A stretch of 20,649 bases of DNA from a virus (lineage: Duplodnaviria; Heunggongvirae; Uroviricota; Caudoviricetes), in IMG/VR virus record IMGVR_UViG_2563366912_000001, one strand, 5' to 3'. The notes below the pieces were generated by a model. It had not been told where the DNA came from. It made no database searches and saw only the letters and a list, made by a program, of their open reading frames with translations. The first letter of the stretch is position 1. Every line of letters begins with the position of its first letter. Position numbers and translations under genes: made by a program. Positions 18,702-20,649 of the stretch are shown here, piece after piece.

Positions 18702-18941
18702 TCACACAATAACTTTGAGATCGCAGATTCTTTTACTTTTACAGCATTCGTCCCCCCATTGTTGGGCAAATATAGATTGGGCCAGAGCACGAAAGTTAAT
18801 ACCACGTTTGCACAGCTCCTCCAACAGCACGACAAGATGCCACATACTGCGCCCCAGTCGGTTCGGTTTACAGACTACCCGTGCGTCCACCGCCGATAAT
18901 GTCCTGAGCAGTTTTTTCAGTCCGGACCTCCTGCCACGGTT
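18702..18941 (-). pseudogene. Remnant of a Pin/Hin/Gin-family serine DNA invertase
   Basis: ...RSGLKKLLRTLSAVDARVVCKPNRLGRSMWHLVVLLEELCKRGINFRAL parallels the invertase core ...RPGLKRALKRLQKGDTLVVWKLDRLGRSMKHLISLVGELRERGINFRSL. In-frame stop at 18942-18944; upstream frames show stops; C-terminus divergent. Confidence 0.6.
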
Positions 18942-19275
18942 TTACGTTGAAGAGGTAACCCTGAGCACGCAGTTCATCAGTCAGGCGTGGTGTACCGTAA
19001 CCCTATTATTGATGGGTAAGATCAAAAAAACTTTCAGGCAGCTAAGGAAAGTTGAACCAGACATTAGAATAAATATTTCAACCAATTACAGCACCAATTC
19101 AGACACCGCCAGCTCAACAAATAAATCAAGGGGTTACGTGAAAGCGTAGCCCCTTTTTCTTTGGTAGTGGCAGCAAAATGGTTGTAGTGTAAAAAATAAT
19201 CCCGTTTAATCAATCAATAATACATATTGTTTCAATCTACGTTATTATCTCTTTGTAAAAATAGCCATTTATTAA

Positions 19276-20649
19276 TCATTGAAAACTGCTTTTAGAACTT
19301 GATACAACGGGACTAGTCACAACAGGACTATTCTCAACGGGATCATCCTCAGAGGAACTATCATCAAAGTCATCATCCATAAATAAAATATCATCGAATG
19401 GTGCCACGCCCGTGATGAGTTTTATTTTATTATTACGATCAGTCAAGACTCCACTTAAACCGTTTTCGCTCACAGGTTTTAATGATTTTTCATTACTCTT
19501 GTTGTAAGCAGGCGCATTAAAAATACACGGAGTATCAAGATCAAACAATGACGTTCCCCAGTTCACATATTGAATATCATAGTTACTGAAGTTCTGTCCA
19601 GAAAAGAAGCATCCCTTAAAATCCAATCCACCTAAATTATATAAACCATCCTCTTCTTTTTGGAGAGTAATGTTAATTTTGGCTATCTCCCGGACATCAT
19701 CGCCATTTTTATATTTGAATACCGTTTCAAGATTTTCCCCACACAGTTTGACTTCTGGAAATAATTTGAAATCAAAGCCTATATTATTATGTATCAACGT
19801 AGATGAACAAAAGATGGAGAAAGCTTGCAGTGCTGAATTATAGCTTTCGATTTTATCCTGAGGCTGCGCTCTTGGTAAAAACTCATAGCAACATTCATAA
19901 AAATTAAGTAGAAACTCTGAAGACCTTCCATTTTTATCAAATAATATCCCCTTGAACTCATTCACAAACGCATCTTTTTTTTCTTGAATATCTATGGGGT
20001 GTTCCTTTGACTCTGACAAAGATGAAATCTCATCTATTTTGTTTTCATATGAATTACGTGATTCCATACAGACATTTGGCGGCGTTTCTAAAATAACACT
20101 ACGCGTACTACTTGGCTTAAGTAAACCAACATGAAAATCACTTTTTCTTATATTATCGAAAAGGTTCTGTTCATTTCTTTTAGCGCATTCAAAAAACTGA
20201 TCGGCATTATTTTTATTCGATAATTTTTTAGTTTCAGAAAACACATTTTCATTGTTTTCCAGCTTTAGTTTAATGAGAAGATTTTCCCAGACCTGCTTGC
20301 TTAAACATATTACGTCAGGCTCACCAGAACTAACTAACTCGTGATTATTATTAAAGTGTACGTTGAATACCTTTAAGTTATTTTCACCAACTTCATATTT
20401 AATACGTTTTAATTGTTCTCCAGCTCCCATAATGACAAAGGCGTTGCCTTCTTGATATATACATTCAGACATCATTTTTTGTAAAGTTTCAAGAGCACCG
20501 CGATACGTCTCTGATGCAGCTTCCTTACAAATTAATTTTAAAATACTATGAGCTAGTAGCTCCATGTGTTTAGAAGATTTATTTTCATTATAACTTCCAC
20601 TACCCAAAACTGCGCTAGCGTTAAATCCGTTGCTTTTACTAACTAACAT
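19276..20649 (-). CDS. AT-rich hypothetical protein (457+ aa) with pentapeptide-like repeats and an acidic Ser-rich tail; start at the window edge, may be partial
   Basis: Long ORF in AT-rich DNA. Ser/Asn-rich N-terminus. Repeat-like block NLGGLDFKGCFFSGQNFSNYDIQYVNWGTSLFDLDTPCIFNAPA. Acidic tail DDDFDDSSSEDDPVENSPVVTSPVVSSS. Confidence 0.5.
   Translation of the reverse strand: MLVSKSNGFNASAVLGSGSYNENKSSKHMELLAHSILKLICKEAASETYRGALETLQKMMSECIYQEGNAFVIMGAGEQLKRIKYEVGENNLKVFNVHFNNNHELVSSGEPDVICLSKQVWENLLIKLKLENNENVFSETKKLSNKNNADQFFECAKRNEQNLFDNIRKSDFHVGLLKPSSTRSVILETPPNVCMESRNSYENKIDEISSLSESKEHPIDIQEKKDAFVNEFKGILFDKNGRSSEFLLNFYECCYEFLPRAQPQDKIESYNSALQAFSIFCSSTLIHNNIGFDFKLFPEVKLCGENLETVFKYKNGDDVREIAKINITLQKEEDGLYNLGGLDFKGCFFSGQNFSNYDIQYVNWGTSLFDLDTPCIFNAPAYNKSNEKSLKPVSENGLSGVLTDRNNKIKLITGVAPFDDILFMDDDFDDSSSEDDPVENSPVVTSPVVSSSKSSFQ

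Noticed and set aside
18676-19149. 157-codon + strand ORF
   Set aside because: Overlaps the invertase remnant on the opposite strand and runs through low-complexity sequence; no RBS or motif support.
1-20649. Search for a tRNA/tmRNA gene and att core repeats defining the island boundaries
   Set aside because: No tRNA-like gene is present inside the window (the integrase begins at position 1, so the target RNA gene is expected just upstream), so attL/attR cannot be called.

Overview
This window reads as an enterobacterial (E. coli-like) chromosomal island: a P4-like satellite prophage entered through its integrase at position 1, followed by an autotransporter pseudogene, a DNA-invertase remnant and an AT-rich ORF at the right edge. 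The satellite backbone is nearly complete: int, a P2/P4-type cos site, the late operon sid-delta-psu with two Delta/Ogr-type TGT-N12-ACA dyads, TGTTCACC ori iterons, a Vis/AlpA-like regulator, a P4-style RNA-immunity leader, small early ORFs, the alpha primase-helicase and the crr repeats. Two insertion sequences have hit it. An IS21-family element (istA/istB) splits alpha, and IS1 sits inside the AT-rich cargo between int and cos/psu, the position where P4-like satellites are known to carry anti-phage systems. The most interesting signal is that cargo: removing IS1 and one copy of its 9-bp target duplication restores a single ~816-codon minus-strand ORF with an N-terminal Mrr-type PD-(D/E)xK nuclease domain, a central P-loop NTPase and a ~330-aa C-terminal region, followed by an overlapping 99-codon partner ORF. 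I could not assign it to a named defence family from sequence alone. All calls rest on motif recognition and reading-frame logic; no database search was run.
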